From: a virus
Taxonomy: Duplodnaviria > Caudoviricetes
IMG/VR virus record: IMGVR_UViG_3300036784_000353
Span: 1 to 53,623 of that record
Reading direction: 5' to 3' (one strand)
Length of the DNA: 53,623 nucleotides
Position numbers and translations under genes: made by a program
Notes under the pieces: model-generated
Seen by the model: only the letters and a program-made list of their open reading frames with translations
The model's database searches: none
What the model was told of the DNA's origin: nothing
Part shown: positions 1-8,925 of the stretch, piece after piece
Numbering within the stretch: the first letter of the stretch is position 1
How the letters are laid out: every line of letters starts with the position of its first letter

Positions 1-726
1 TCAGAGCCCCTCGCCGGGCCTCACGAACATGATCTCCGGCACGACGCAGGCGGGCGAGACCCGCAGCAGGAAACGCACGGACTCGGCGATGTCCTCTGCG
101 CGGATCATCTCGTCGGCGGCGACGTGCTCCTTGACGAAGTCGGTCATCGGCGTGTCCACGAACGCCGGGCACAGGGCGGTGGACTTGATGCCCTCCGTGC
201 TCAGCTCCTTGTTCATCGCTTCCGTCCAGCCGACCACGCCGTGCTTGGTGGCGGAGTACACGGACAGCCACGCCTCGCCGCGCTTGCCGGAGATCGAGGC
301 GGTGTTCACGACCAGCGCGTTCTTGTGCTCGCCGGCCGACTCGCGCAGGAGCGACATGCACTCGCGGTAGAAGATCACGATCGAGCGGAGGTTGATGTCG
401 AGCTGCATGTCCAAGCGCTTGGTCTCGATGTCGGCCACCGCAGCGCCGGCGCCGACACCGGCGTTGTTGACGAGCACGTCGAGGCGTCCGTAGCGCTCGC
501 GGTGTGCCTCGACCACGCGCTTGATGTCCGCCTCGTCGGCGACGTTGGCGGCGACCGCCTGCACGTCGAAGCCGTCGGCGAGCAGGCCCTGGGCGGCGGC
601 CTCGAGCTTCTCGGCTCGCCGCGCCGCGACCGTGATCGCATAGCCCTCCTCGCCGAGCATCTTGGCGATCGCCAGCCCGATGCCGCTGGATGCTCCCGTG
701 ACGATTGCTGCCTTCGCTGCTGACAT
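1..726 (-). CDS. Short-chain dehydrogenase/reductase (SDR) family oxidoreductase (host gene)
   Basis: TGASSGIG NAD(P)-binding motif, NNAG and YSATK catalytic motif; ATG at 726 with GGAGGGGA RBS. Confidence 0.93.
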   Translation of the reverse strand: MSAAKAAIVTGASSGIGLAIAKMLGEEGYAITVAARRAEKLEAAAQGLLADGFDVQAVAANVADEADIKRVVEAHRERYGRLDVLVNNAGVGAGAAVADIETKRLDMQLDINLRSIVIFYRECMSLLRESAGEHKNALVVNTASISGKRGEAWLSVYSATKHGVVGWTEAMNKELSTEGIKSTALCPAFVDTPMTDFVKEHVAADEMIRAEDIAESVRFLLRVSPACVVPEIMFVRPGEGL

Positions 727-852
727 ACGGTCCCCTCCCTCGATCAATGGAGTGCTCGTCTCGCCGCGGCTACAGGCGACGCGCGGGAGCATTCCACATC
801 TCGCTGGTAGCGTCCCCGAGACGTGAGCGGCCGGCAGGCCGAAGCGCGTGGC

Positions 853-926
853 GGGCCCGTAGCTCAGTTGGTTAGAGCTGCCGACTCATAATCGGTAGGT
901 CCCTGGTTCGAGTCCAGGCGGGCCCA
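853..926 (+). tRNA. tRNA with CAT anticodon, most likely tRNA-Ile2 (lysidine type); probable prophage integration target
   Basis: Acceptor stem GGGCCCG/CGGGCCC, D arm AGCTCAGTTGGTTAGAGC, anticodon arm GCCGA-CTCATAA-TCGGT, T loop GGTTCGAGTCC; no C1:A72 mismatch so not fMet; CCA not encoded. Confidence 0.93.
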
Positions 927-1053
927 CTTCATGTCCCAGTAGGACCGTCCCGGCCAGTTCGGGACACCATCCCGAGAACAGCCTGCAAACCGGTCAGTTT
1001 CGGTATGAGCAGGCGGACTGGCACGGCCATCGCCGGCGGTGTGTGCCGGGCAT

Positions 1054-1098
1054 CTCGACAGCAGCTCGTCAGCAGGTCCGTCGGTGACTCGTCAGCAG
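1054..1098 (+). repeat. Three 11-bp direct repeats CTCG(A/T)CAGCAG, probable integrase arm-type sites of attL
   Basis: Copies at 1054-1064, 1065-1075 and 1088-1098; related GTCGTTAGCAA at 53597-53607 in the integrase 3' end. Confidence 0.65.
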
Positions 1099-1120
1099 CA
1101 ACGACTCGGAGCGCGGTGTG

Positions 1121-1849
1121 ATGCCGCGTCTGCTCGATCTCTTCTGCGGCGCCGGCGGTGCGGGCGCGGGGTATCACCGCGCTGGCTTCGAGGTCGTGGG
1201 CGTGGACATCAGGAGTCAGCCGAACTTCCCGTTTGAGTTCCACCGCCAAGATGCTCTGCGCGTGCTCGCCGGCGATCATGACTGGCCGTCGGGTGGCGCG
1301 CTAGTGGACCCCGATGTGTACGCCGCGTGGGCAGCGGAGTGGCAGGAGCTTGATTTGGGGCGCTTCGACGCGATCCACGCTTCGCCGCCGTGCCAGGCGA
1401 GTTCGGCCCTCAAGTCTCTCTGGCCCGACCGGGAGCACCCGGAACTGATCCCAGCGACCCGCGAGCTACTAGAGGCGACGGGCTTGCCCTACGTCATCGA
1501 GAACGTCGTCGGCGCGGCGCTCAGCGAACCGGTGATGTTGTGCGGGTCGATGTTCGGCCTGCGCGCGAACGGCCGGCAGTTGCGGCGGCACAGACTCTTC
1601 GAGTGCTCGTTCCCGACGATGCGCCCCCCTTGTCAGCACCGTGGCCAGCCCGTCGGCGTATATGGGCACGGCGGGGGCGGCGATATGACGCGCGGCTATA
1701 AGGGGACGGCAGCCGAGTATCGCGAAGCGATGGGTATCGATTGGGCGACAAAGGCGGAGATCGCACAGGCGATCCCGCCAGCGATGACGGAGTTCATCGG
1801 CGGCTTTCTGCGGGCCGAGGTCCGCCGGCGCTCCGAGGTTGCGGCATGA
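1121..1849 (+). CDS. C5 cytosine DNA methyltransferase (phage orphan type)
   Basis: LDLFCGAGG (motif I), HASPPCQ (catalytic motif IV), IENV (motif VI), RRHRLF. Confidence 0.9.
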   Translation: MPRLLDLFCGAGGAGAGYHRAGFEVVGVDIRSQPNFPFEFHRQDALRVLAGDHDWPSGGALVDPDVYAAWAAEWQELDLGRFDAIHASPPCQASSALKSLWPDREHPELIPATRELLEATGLPYVIENVVGAALSEPVMLCGSMFGLRANGRQLRRHRLFECSFPTMRPPCQHRGQPVGVYGHGGGGDMTRGYKGTAAEYREAMGIDWATKAEIAQAIPPAMTEFIGGFLRAEVRRRSEVAA

Positions 1850-1935
1850 CCACGGTCCTCGCCCAGTCCGAGCGTGAGTTTCAGCGTGCCGTCATGGATC
1901 TGGCAGCACGTCTCTCGTGGCGGAGATCAGCCTGA
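1846..1935 (+). pseudogene. Truncated duplicate of the VRR-NUC gene 5' end (29 codons)
   Basis: MTTVLAQSEREFQRAVMDLAARLSWR matches MTALKVSEREFQRAVMELATRLSWR at 2462. Confidence 0.8.
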
Positions 1936-2465
1936 TGCCCTGGATGTGGCCGCCAACCGCCGGTCCCGTGTGCGCCGTAGATGGCTGCGGAGACTTCGTG
2001 TGGCGCGAGCGCTGGTGCAACAAGCACTACCTTCGCTGGAAACGGACCGGCGACCCGCTCGGCAGCACCGCCCCGACGCCCGCGCAACGCTTCTGGCGGA
2101 AGGTCGACAAGACGGCACCGAATGGCTGCTGGCTTTGGACCGGGGCCGCTCGACACAAAGCCGGCGGCTATGGCACGTTCAATCACGGCCACGGGCGCGG
2201 ATGGATACCGGCCCATCGCTTCGCGCTCGAGCTCGCCTACGGACCGATCGACGACGGACTCGAAGTTCACCATCGCTGCAGGACGCCCGCCTGCGTCAAC
2301 CCCGAGCACTTGATGGCCGTGACGCGATCTGCTCATGGTCGCGAGCACCGAGCGACGCATTGTCATCGAGGGCACGATCTCAGCGAGCACGGTTACTACC
2401 GCAAGGATCGAACTAAAACACTCGCTTACTGTCGCGCATGCCAACGCGTACGGAAAGCGGCATGA
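1935..2465 (+). CDS. HNH homing endonuclease
   Basis: CAVDGC..WCNKHY zinc finger, RFWRKVDK..CWLWTG, AHRFA..EVHHRCRTPACVNPEHL HNH core, THCHRGH..CRAC tail. Confidence 0.9.
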   Translation: MPWMWPPTAGPVCAVDGCGDFVWRERWCNKHYLRWKRTGDPLGSTAPTPAQRFWRKVDKTAPNGCWLWTGAARHKAGGYGTFNHGHGRGWIPAHRFALELAYGPIDDGLEVHHRCRTPACVNPEHLMAVTRSAHGREHRATHCHRGHDLSEHGYYRKDRTKTLAYCRACQRVRKAA

Positions 2466-2800
2466 CCGCCCTCAAGGTCTCCGAGCGCGAGTTTCAACGT
2501 GCTGTTATGGAGCTGGCGACACGACTTTCTTGGCGCGTTGGGCATTTCCACGATTCTCGCCGTGAGGTGCGTCGTCGTGATGGGAGCTCGCGGGTGGTTG
2601 GCGATAGGGCCGCGAGAGGATTTCCTGACCTTGTTTTGGCTAGGGCTGGCCGGGTTTTGTTTGTGGAGTTGAAGTCGGAGAAGGGCCGGGTGAAACCCGA
2701 GCAGCGGGAGTGGATGGAGGCCCTGGGGGAGAACGCGGGTGTCGAGGTGTACTGCTGGCGGCCGAGTTCTTGGGGCGATGTGGAGCGGGTGCTGCGGTGA
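2462..2800 (+). CDS. VRR-NUC domain (PD-(D/E)XK) nuclease
   Basis: SEREFQ..GFPDLVLAR..FVELKSEKGRV..Q..W..WRP motif set. Confidence 0.88.
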   Translation: MTALKVSEREFQRAVMELATRLSWRVGHFHDSRREVRRRDGSSRVVGDRAARGFPDLVLARAGRVLFVELKSEKGRVKPEQREWMEALGENAGVEVYCWRPSSWGDVERVLR

Positions 2801-3147
2801 CCTTCGACGAGCTACTCGCCTGCCGCACCCTCGGCGACTTCGCGCCACGTCTAGCGACGGCCCGCGAGCAGCTGTTCACCGAACGCATCCAGGCAAGGGA
2901 ACGTAAAGAGGCCCGTAAGCAGGAGGCCAGGGAACGCAAGCACGCACGCCGCGAGGCGAACGCCACGGTGTTCTGCGGAAAGGTTCGCTATCTGAGCGAG
3001 GGCGATGCGCTGGAGGGACTTGCCCACGCCCATGCGGCTGTTCAGCTCCGGGTTTATGAGTGCCGGGCTTGTGGCGGCTGGCATGTGACGAGCAAAGCTC
3101 ATCCGCGCTGGGCGAAAACCGGACGAAATGGGGAGCGGGGCCAATGA
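2797..3147 (+). CDS. Hypothetical phage protein with C-terminal zinc-ribbon-like motif
   Basis: CGKVRY..RVYECRACGGWHVTS; GTGA overlap with upstream gene. Confidence 0.65.
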   Translation: MTFDELLACRTLGDFAPRLATAREQLFTERIQARERKEARKQEARERKHARREANATVFCGKVRYLSEGDALEGLAHAHAAVQLRVYECRACGGWHVTSKAHPRWAKTGRNGERGQ

Positions 3148-3278
3148 GCGACTATGAACTGGTCCGTATCAAGCGCGACTGGGTGCCCGGCTGGCTCTGG
3201 AGGGCGTTCTGTGTCGGCAACCTCGCGACCTTCACGCCCTGGATGCAGATTCTCACCAGGCGGGGAGCAGGCCGATGA
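3144..3278 (+). CDS. Small hypothetical protein
   Basis: ATGA overlap with upstream gene and GGAG RBS. Confidence 0.45.
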   Translation: MSDYELVRIKRDWVPGWLWRAFCVGNLATFTPWMQILTRRGAGR

Positions 3279-3345
3279 GGGAGCCGAGCGATGACGCACC
3301 GGCCCTCGCCGCTGTCTTCAACCCAGACACGAACCGGGAGGAGCG

Positions 3346-3573
3346 ATGAGAAAGAACGAACTGCTGGCTCAAGGCGAGCGACTGGCCGAAGCCAAGGATC
3401 TGATCCTGAAAGCGAAGCAAGCTCTGAACCCACTGGGAGGCGCGATCGGCCCGCTTCACAGAGCCCTCGTTGAGATCGGGAACAGCGAGAGGGTCGTCCG
3501 CGACCACCTTGGCTCTGTCGTTCTCCGCGAACACCTCGAACGTACGACGGCAGTGCCGAGTCCCCCTAGATAG
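3346..3573 (+). CDS. Hypothetical protein
   Basis: GGAGGAG RBS, helical coiled-coil-like sequence. Confidence 0.6.
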   Translation: MRKNELLAQGERLAEAKDLILKAKQALNPLGGAIGPLHRALVEIGNSERVVRDHLGSVVLREHLERTTAVPSPPR

Positions 3574-3575
3574 AC

Positions 3576-3603
3576 CGAGAGCCCCAGCATTGCGGGGCTC
3601 TCG
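3576..3603 (+). terminator. GC-rich hairpin, possible intrinsic terminator
   Basis: CGAGAGCCCC-N8-GGGGCTCTCG 10-bp stem right after a stop codon; no U tract. Confidence 0.55.
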
Positions 3604-3666
3604 AATCAAACGCCCTCCTCAAGGCGTGCGCCCCAAACCATCCCCCATGACCCGGACGGAGCGCAC

Positions 3667-4395
3667 ATGATCGTAAGCGACGTAGAGCTACGGGAGATCC
3701 TTTCCGCGAAGCACCGCCGGCGAACCCTCGAGCGACCCGTCACCTACGGGCGGTTCGGGGAGCGAAAGCGCTGCCCCGTAAAACTCGGCGGCGTATACCG
3801 GCTCACCACCAAGACACCCTACGAGGCCTACCGCAACCAAGCACAGCGAGAGCCAACGCGAGCCCGAGCTGTCCTACACCTCATCGAGCGCTGCCTCGAG
3901 TCCAAGATGCAGCTCTCGATCACCATTTCAGAGACCCCGGTGATGGTGGGCGACCGTTGGATCGTGAGGTTCACCAAGGGCGACCATCGAGGGGTCCAGG
4001 ACCGGCCGCTCTACCTGTCGAAGGTCGGCGACTACACGTTCGACAGTTGGAGGCAGGCGGTGCCGGGTGACCCGGACGTGTGCCTGCCTCTCGCTGCCGA
4101 CATTGAGAAGGCCCGCCGTGAGACAGCGGAACGCCGCATCCACCCCCAGGTCGACAACGTACGCAAGATGGAGCGAGGCGCCGGCGAACTGGCCCGCGCG
4201 ATGAAACGCATGAAGGTCGAGAACGCGAAGGCCGAAAGCCTGATCCGTCGCGCGCAGAGGAACTTGACGGCCGCTGCCCGGCTTCTGTCCGAGGATGCTG
4301 TATCGTGCGCGGTGGCAGCGCCCGAGCTGGGGACGCCAGGTGAAGCGGCCCGACCTCAGATTGCTGGCGACTCGGCGACCCCGGAGGCAGCGTGA
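3667..4395 (+). CDS. Hypothetical phage protein
   Basis: 242-aa ORF with GGAG RBS, coupled to the next gene. Confidence 0.65.
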   Translation: MIVSDVELREILSAKHRRRTLERPVTYGRFGERKRCPVKLGGVYRLTTKTPYEAYRNQAQREPTRARAVLHLIERCLESKMQLSITISETPVMVGDRWIVRFTKGDHRGVQDRPLYLSKVGDYTFDSWRQAVPGDPDVCLPLAADIEKARRETAERRIHPQVDNVRKMERGAGELARAMKRMKVENAKAESLIRRAQRNLTAAARLLSEDAVSCAVAAPELGTPGEAARPQIAGDSATPEAA

Positions 4396-4673
4396 TGGCA
4401 CAGGTCATCGACAAGCTGCCACCACGAGAACGCGCCCGCGGCGGTCGCCCCTCGAAGTACCCGTACGACGAATGGCTTGACGGCCGGCCGTGGGTCCTAC
4501 TTCACGGTGAGGACTTCCGTTGCGGCACGCGATCCATGGAGGGCATTCTCCGTCGGCAAGCGCGGCTCCGTCACGGGACGCTGGAGACGCGAACGCTCCG
4601 CGAGGGCGAGGAGAAGATCGGACTGGCGGTGCAGTTCACGCCATTCCCGGAGATCTGGGGTGCCCAACCGTGA
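4395..4673 (+). CDS. Hypothetical protein, possibly DNA-binding
   Basis: GGRPSKYPYDEWLDG basic motif; TGATG coupling. Confidence 0.65.
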   Translation: MAQVIDKLPPRERARGGRPSKYPYDEWLDGRPWVLLHGEDFRCGTRSMEGILRRQARLRHGTLETRTLREGEEKIGLAVQFTPFPEIWGAQP

Positions 4674-5260
4674 CCAAGCGCGCCTGCAAGGGCACAACCC
4701 GCGCCCACAAGCCCTGCGGAGCCAACCCGTTGAAACCGGGCACGGTCATCGAGGGCGTGACGGTTTCAGGCCAATGGTGCCGACAGCACGACCTGGATCT
4801 GCCTGACTCGGCCAGAATCGGCGGGGCCACACCGGGAGCAGGCCGCAAGCCGAAGCCAACCCCGACCGAGATCGCCCGCAACCTCGTCGAGAAGTACGAG
4901 CTAGCGCTGCAACGCCCGTACTGGCTGGCGCTCGGCTACGACGTGCGGATCGGCGAGGACGGACCGGAGCTGGTCGAGCGGGCCGATGGCGGAGCGAAGC
5001 TGTTCGGCGAGTCGAAGGACGGCGAGATCCGTGTCTCCTCGCATGAGGATCTGGGCGCGATGATCGCCGCTGCCGAGAAGCTGTGGGACCGCGTGTATGG
5101 CAAGGCGCGCCAGCGCAACGAGGTGACCGTCGTCACGAAGGATGCCTTCGCGCAGATGATGGAGCAGCTTGAAGCGGAGGTGCGCGGCAATGAAGACGGT
5201 GGAGATCGAGGCGGCACCGGAGGAGATCGAGCGCTTCCGGGCGCTCCTGCAGCTTCGTGA
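4670..5260 (+). CDS. Probable terminase small subunit
   Basis: Directly upstream of and overlapping terL; CKGTT..PC..WCRQH zinc motif, GGATPGAGRKP, LWDRVYGKA. Confidence 0.7.
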   Translation: MTKRACKGTTRAHKPCGANPLKPGTVIEGVTVSGQWCRQHDLDLPDSARIGGATPGAGRKPKPTPTEIARNLVEKYELALQRPYWLALGYDVRIGEDGPELVERADGGAKLFGESKDGEIRVSSHEDLGAMIAAAEKLWDRVYGKARQRNEVTVVTKDAFAQMMEQLEAEVRGNEDGGDRGGTGGDRALPGAPAAS

Positions 5261-6563
5261 CCGGCAGCGTCTTGAGGGCAAGGCGTGGCGCTGGCCGGCC
5301 GAAGCCCGCCCGCAGCAGCTTCCGCCTGACGGCGGCTGGTTCGTGTGGCTTATCATGGCGGGCCGTGGCTGGGGTAAGACCCGGACCGGCGCGGAGTGGC
5401 TCGCGAACGAGGCCCGCACCCACCCGGGCTCGGAGTATGCGGTTGTAGGCAGGACGACCCAGGAGTGCCGCGAGACGTGCCTTGAGGGCATCTCCGGGCT
5501 CCTGAAAGCTCTTGACCTGAGGCTGGACTCGCCGGGCTACAACCGCACGACCGGCCAGATCCGGCTGGATAACGGCGCGGTCATCCACGCCTACTCAGCG
5601 GAGAAGCCCGAGAGCGTCCGTGGCTCGAACCTGTCTGGCGCTTGGTGCGATGAGCTTGCGACTTGGCGCTACCCGCAGATGTGGACCGAAGGGCTGATGC
5701 CCGCGCTCCGGATCGGCCGGCCACAGGTGCTCGTCACGACAACCCCGCGCAGGACGTCGCTGATCCGGGACCTGTTCACCCGCGATGACGGCTCGGTCAT
5801 CATCACCCGTGGCTCGACGTTCGACAACGAGGCGAACCTGTCGCCCGAGGCTCTCGCCGAACTGAAGCGTCGCTATGAGGGCACAAGGATCGGCCGCCAG
5901 GAGTTGATGGGCGAGCTGATCGAGGACGTTGAGGGCGCGCTGTGGCAGCGCGACATGATCGACGCCTACCGGGCCATGGCGGCCCCGGATCTTGTGCGGG
6001 TGGTGGTCGCGATCGACCCTGCCGTTACCGCCGGCGAAGGCTCAGATGAAACGGGCATGGTCGTCGCCGGGCTTGGCGAAGACGGCGAGGGCTACGTGCT
6101 GGCCGACGAGAGCTGCCGCCTCCCACCGGACCAGTGGGCCCGACGGGCTGTCCAGGCCTACCGCGACTACTCCGCAGACCGCGTGGTGGCCGAGGTCAAC
6201 AATGGCGGCGAGCTTGTCGGCACCGTCCTGAAAACGACCGACGAGCACCTGTCGTTCACGCCGATCCACGCATCGCGCGGCAAGCGCACCCGCGCCGAGC
6301 CGGTAGCCGCCCTCTACGAACAGGGCAAGGTGCATCACGTTGGTGGGTTCCCCGAGCTCGAGGATCAGCTCTGCTCGTGGGTTCCCGGCGAAGGCGACTC
6401 CCCGGACCGCCTGGACGCCTTGGTTTGGGCGTTGACGAACTTGATGCTGGATAACGGCCCGGTGTCGATCCAGAGGCCCACCGGTGAACTGCCAAGGCAG
6501 TCGCCGAAAGGCCGGTCGCGCAAGGCGCAGGTCCCGCCGCATCTGCGGCGCTTCCACCGCTAG
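5190..6563 (+). CDS. terL: Terminase large subunit
   Basis: Walker A AGRGWGKT, Walker B AWCDE, TTTP, nuclease VAIDPA..DETG..PDRLDA. Confidence 0.96.
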   Translation: MKTVEIEAAPEEIERFRALLQLRDRQRLEGKAWRWPAEARPQQLPPDGGWFVWLIMAGRGWGKTRTGAEWLANEARTHPGSEYAVVGRTTQECRETCLEGISGLLKALDLRLDSPGYNRTTGQIRLDNGAVIHAYSAEKPESVRGSNLSGAWCDELATWRYPQMWTEGLMPALRIGRPQVLVTTTPRRTSLIRDLFTRDDGSVIITRGSTFDNEANLSPEALAELKRRYEGTRIGRQELMGELIEDVEGALWQRDMIDAYRAMAAPDLVRVVVAIDPAVTAGEGSDETGMVVAGLGEDGEGYVLADESCRLPPDQWARRAVQAYRDYSADRVVAEVNNGGELVGTVLKTTDEHLSFTPIHASRGKRTRAEPVAALYEQGKVHHVGGFPELEDQLCSWVPGEGDSPDRLDALVWALTNLMLDNGPVSIQRPTGELPRQSPKGRSRKAQVPPHLRRFHR

Positions 6564-6635
6564 CTCTTACCCGCAGTATCCGTCGGCCTTAGGTCGGCGC
6601 GTCCCTAACACGCACCTGACCCAGGAGGTCACCCG

Positions 6636-7265
6636 ATGGCTAACTCAGACAACGCATCGCTGCTGCTCAAAGGTCTCCGGACCAACCAGATCAACTCGCT
6701 CCTCGGCTTCCAGAACCTCGTGGAAGCCAACAAGCCCGCCCGGTCAAACGCCCACGCGTTCGGCCTGTCCACATGGACCGACGGCGCTCTCGCCGCCACC
6801 GGCGTTGGTTGCGTGGTCGCGATCCCGGTGCAGCCGGGGGACACGATCAGCCGTGTCGGCATCCTCGTCGGTGCGACCGCCGGCGCAACGATGACCAACC
6901 AGTTCGCCGCCCTGTATGCCGGGACCGGGGCGAAACCGGCCCTGCTGGGGCAGAGCAAAGACACGACGTCGGCTGCGATCGCGGCGGAAAAACTGGCGGA
7001 GTGGACGCTCGAATCTCCGATCGAACTGACGGCGACGACGGCACCGAACGGGTTCATCTACGTCGAGGTGGCGATCACCGCTGCCACCATCCCGACGGCC
7101 GCAGCCGTGGCGACCCCGAAAGCGCTTCAGCCTTCGGGTGGCTATGGCCCGAATGCTCCGCTGTTCCTGAGCGCCACGGCTGGCTCGGCTTTGGCGGGGA
7201 CGGCGCAGGCGGAAATCACTTCGCCGACGTCGAAGGCGGTCGCCCCGATCGTGATCCTGCGCTAA
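6636..7265 (+). CDS. Hypothetical protein, probably virion structural/decoration
   Basis: Strong GGAGGT RBS, Ala/Thr/Gly-rich beta-type sequence, located between terL and portal. Confidence 0.7.
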   Translation: MANSDNASLLLKGLRTNQINSLLGFQNLVEANKPARSNAHAFGLSTWTDGALAATGVGCVVAIPVQPGDTISRVGILVGATAGATMTNQFAALYAGTGAKPALLGQSKDTTSAAIAAEKLAEWTLESPIELTATTAPNGFIYVEVAITAATIPTAAAVATPKALQPSGGYGPNAPLFLSATAGSALAGTAQAEITSPTSKAVAPIVILR

Positions 7266-7441
7266 TGCGCTGGCTTCGCTCATGGTGGTGGCGGCGTCGG
7301 CAGCGGGCTGCGGTGCAGACCGTCGATGCGCCGGCGGGCCGCTTGGTCTCAATGCAGCTGGGCGGACTGGGCGCGGAAGACGTCGCCCGCTTCGTCCGCG
7401 AAGCCAGCTGGACGCTGAAAACGCCGGGCGACGGCATCTAG
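7265..7441 (+). CDS. Small hypothetical protein
   Basis: TAATG coupling to upstream gene. Confidence 0.45.
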   Translation: MRWLRSWWWRRRQRAAVQTVDAPAGRLVSMQLGGLGAEDVARFVREASWTLKTPGDGI

Positions 7442-7443
7442 TC

Positions 7444-7761
7444 ATGGACGGCGAGGTTCTCTGCCGCGACGTGCATCCTGCGGACATCCTCATGCCCGAT
7501 GGCTCAATGCTGACCGGGCTGAGGGTGTTCGTCACCTCCCACCGCCTGATCGGTTTCCGGGCTGGCCCTGAGATCGAGCGGGTGGTTGACGAGCCGCTGG
7601 CGAACCCGGGGTGTGTCCCGGCCTGCCATGACACGCTGTCGTCGAGCGAGCGGCTGGAGATGCAGATCGAGGGTGGCCATGCGTGGGTGAACCGTGGCAC
7701 GGGCTGCGGCTGCGGGTCGCCATTGAAGGCTTTGGCTCCGCCGGTCGGGTGGACGGGCTGA
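7444..7761 (+). CDS. Hypothetical protein with GCGCGSPL motif
   Basis: Operon-packed ORF with Cys-rich C-terminal motif. Confidence 0.6.
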   Translation: MDGEVLCRDVHPADILMPDGSMLTGLRVFVTSHRLIGFRAGPEIERVVDEPLANPGCVPACHDTLSSSERLEMQIEGGHAWVNRGTGCGCGSPLKALAPPVGWTG

Positions 7762-7772
7762 GAGGAGGAGCG

Positions 7773-7925
7773 ATGCGTTGCCTTACCGTAGGGCTCGTGG
7801 CGATGGGTGCCATGTTCGCAAGCATGCCGCTGTTTTTGTGGATCCCCAATGTCGCGGAGATCGTCTTTTACGGCTGCGGCGCGATATCGGCCGTAGCAGC
7901 CATGCTCTCTCAGTGGGAGGACTGA
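7773..7925 (+). CDS. Small two-TM membrane protein
   Basis: GAGGAGGAG RBS, two hydrophobic segments. Confidence 0.55.
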   Translation: MRCLTVGLVAMGAMFASMPLFLWIPNVAEIVFYGCGAISAVAAMLSQWED

Positions 7926-8080
7926 TGATCGCGCTCTCAGCCGGCGACCGACGAGTCTGCCTACTTTGCGGTAAGCGCGAATACGAGATTCACTGGACGT
8001 GGGATGCCTGCGAACATCACGTCGTCGCCGAGGCCGTCGCGAGGATACATCTCGCCATTCAGAGCATTCGGGGGGGCTGA
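7925..8080 (+). CDS. Small hypothetical protein (CxxC)
   Basis: GGAGG RBS, TGATG coupling. Confidence 0.5.
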   Translation: MIALSAGDRRVCLLCGKREYEIHWTWDACEHHVVAEAVARIHLAIQSIRGG

Positions 8081-8171
8081 TGCGTAAGCGGATCGCTCGC
8101 CTGCTCGACAAGCTGGCCGACTGGATCGACCCGCCCAAGTTCCGCCTGCCCAAGCCACGCCCGGCCAAGCG

Positions 8172-8417
8172 ATGACCGATGAGCGGCCAGTCTTCAACCG
8201 CCTGGTCGACGAATGCGGCGTGCGCGGCCACCGCGTCGAGCTGTCCGTGTCCAAGGTCCGCGAGGGATCGTCCGGACAGGAGTTCCGCAGCTTTGAGCGA
8301 CTACGGGTCCGCGACGTAGGCGGGACCGTCATCGCGACCGAGCTCATCAACGGCCGTGGCCTTGATGCTGTCGCCCGGATCCTCGGCCACCGGTGCGGAC
8401 TCTCATGCGGGATCTAA
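8172..8417 (+). CDS. Hypothetical protein
   Basis: 81-aa ORF in the operon direction. Confidence 0.5.
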   Translation: MTDERPVFNRLVDECGVRGHRVELSVSKVREGSSGQEFRSFERLRVRDVGGTVIATELINGRGLDAVARILGHRCGLSCGI

Positions 8418-8562
8418 GCGGGCAACCGAAGCCGCGCCCCGCTGACCCGCGTCCCATCCCGAAGCCCGCCCCGAAGTCGCCGCTGTACACCCGCATGTGC
8501 CTCGGCATGCAGGAGATCGAACGGCTGCACCGACCACGCAGAATCCGACGCTAGGGGGAGCC

Positions 8563-8925
8563 TTGACACACTCGTTTTGGTTCCTCGCCGTCGACGCGCT
8601 CGCGGTCTATAGGCTCGCGGTCCTTTTCAGCCAGGACAAGATCACCGACTGGCTACGCACCGGGCTTCGCGAACGCGGCTACCAGACCGTTTCGGTGGCG
8701 GCGCTCGGCGGGGAACGAACGACCGTCGTCCACCGACCGGGCATCATCGCGGCGAGTTCTCGCTGGCTGTTCGAGCTGGTCGAGTGCCCGTGGTGCGTGT
8801 CGATCTGGTTCGCCGCCCTCGCCGTGATCCTCACACGCTTCTGGCCCGAGGGCTGGCAGTACCCGGCGATGCTGCTCGCGCTCTCGGCTGTCGCTGGCTG
8901 GCTTGGCGAGCGGACTAACCACTGA
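8563..8925 (+). CDS. DUF1360-like membrane protein
   Basis: LAVYRLAVL..D.IT..LR and CPWCVSIW motifs; position just before the portal as in many actinophages. Confidence 0.78.
   Translation: MTHSFWFLAVDALAVYRLAVLFSQDKITDWLRTGLRERGYQTVSVAALGGERTTVVHRPGIIAASSRWLFELVECPWCVSIWFAALAVILTRFWPEGWQYPAMLLALSAVAGWLGERTNH

Noticed and set aside
853-926. Phage-encoded tRNA or initiator tRNA-fMet
   Set aside because: It borders a host gene as an integration target; G1-C72 is paired and there is no GGG/CCC anticodon stem.
1054-1098. Short direct repeats as a mini-CRISPR array
   Set aside because: Only 11 bp, adjacent or irregularly spaced with no spacers and no cas genes; arm-type sites fit better.
2520-3930. 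Local switch from G/T-rich to A/C-rich sequence as an origin or packaging site
   Set aside because: Similar patches occur elsewhere (about 42200, 45750, 51300) and cannot be quantified by eye; no cos/pac sequence identified.
6744-8231. Long reverse-strand ORF (495 aa) and similar shadow ORFs (13360-14742, 14783-15967, 24298-25677, 52574-53533)
   Set aside because: Antisense shadows of real + strand genes, expected in high-GC DNA; no recognisable motifs.
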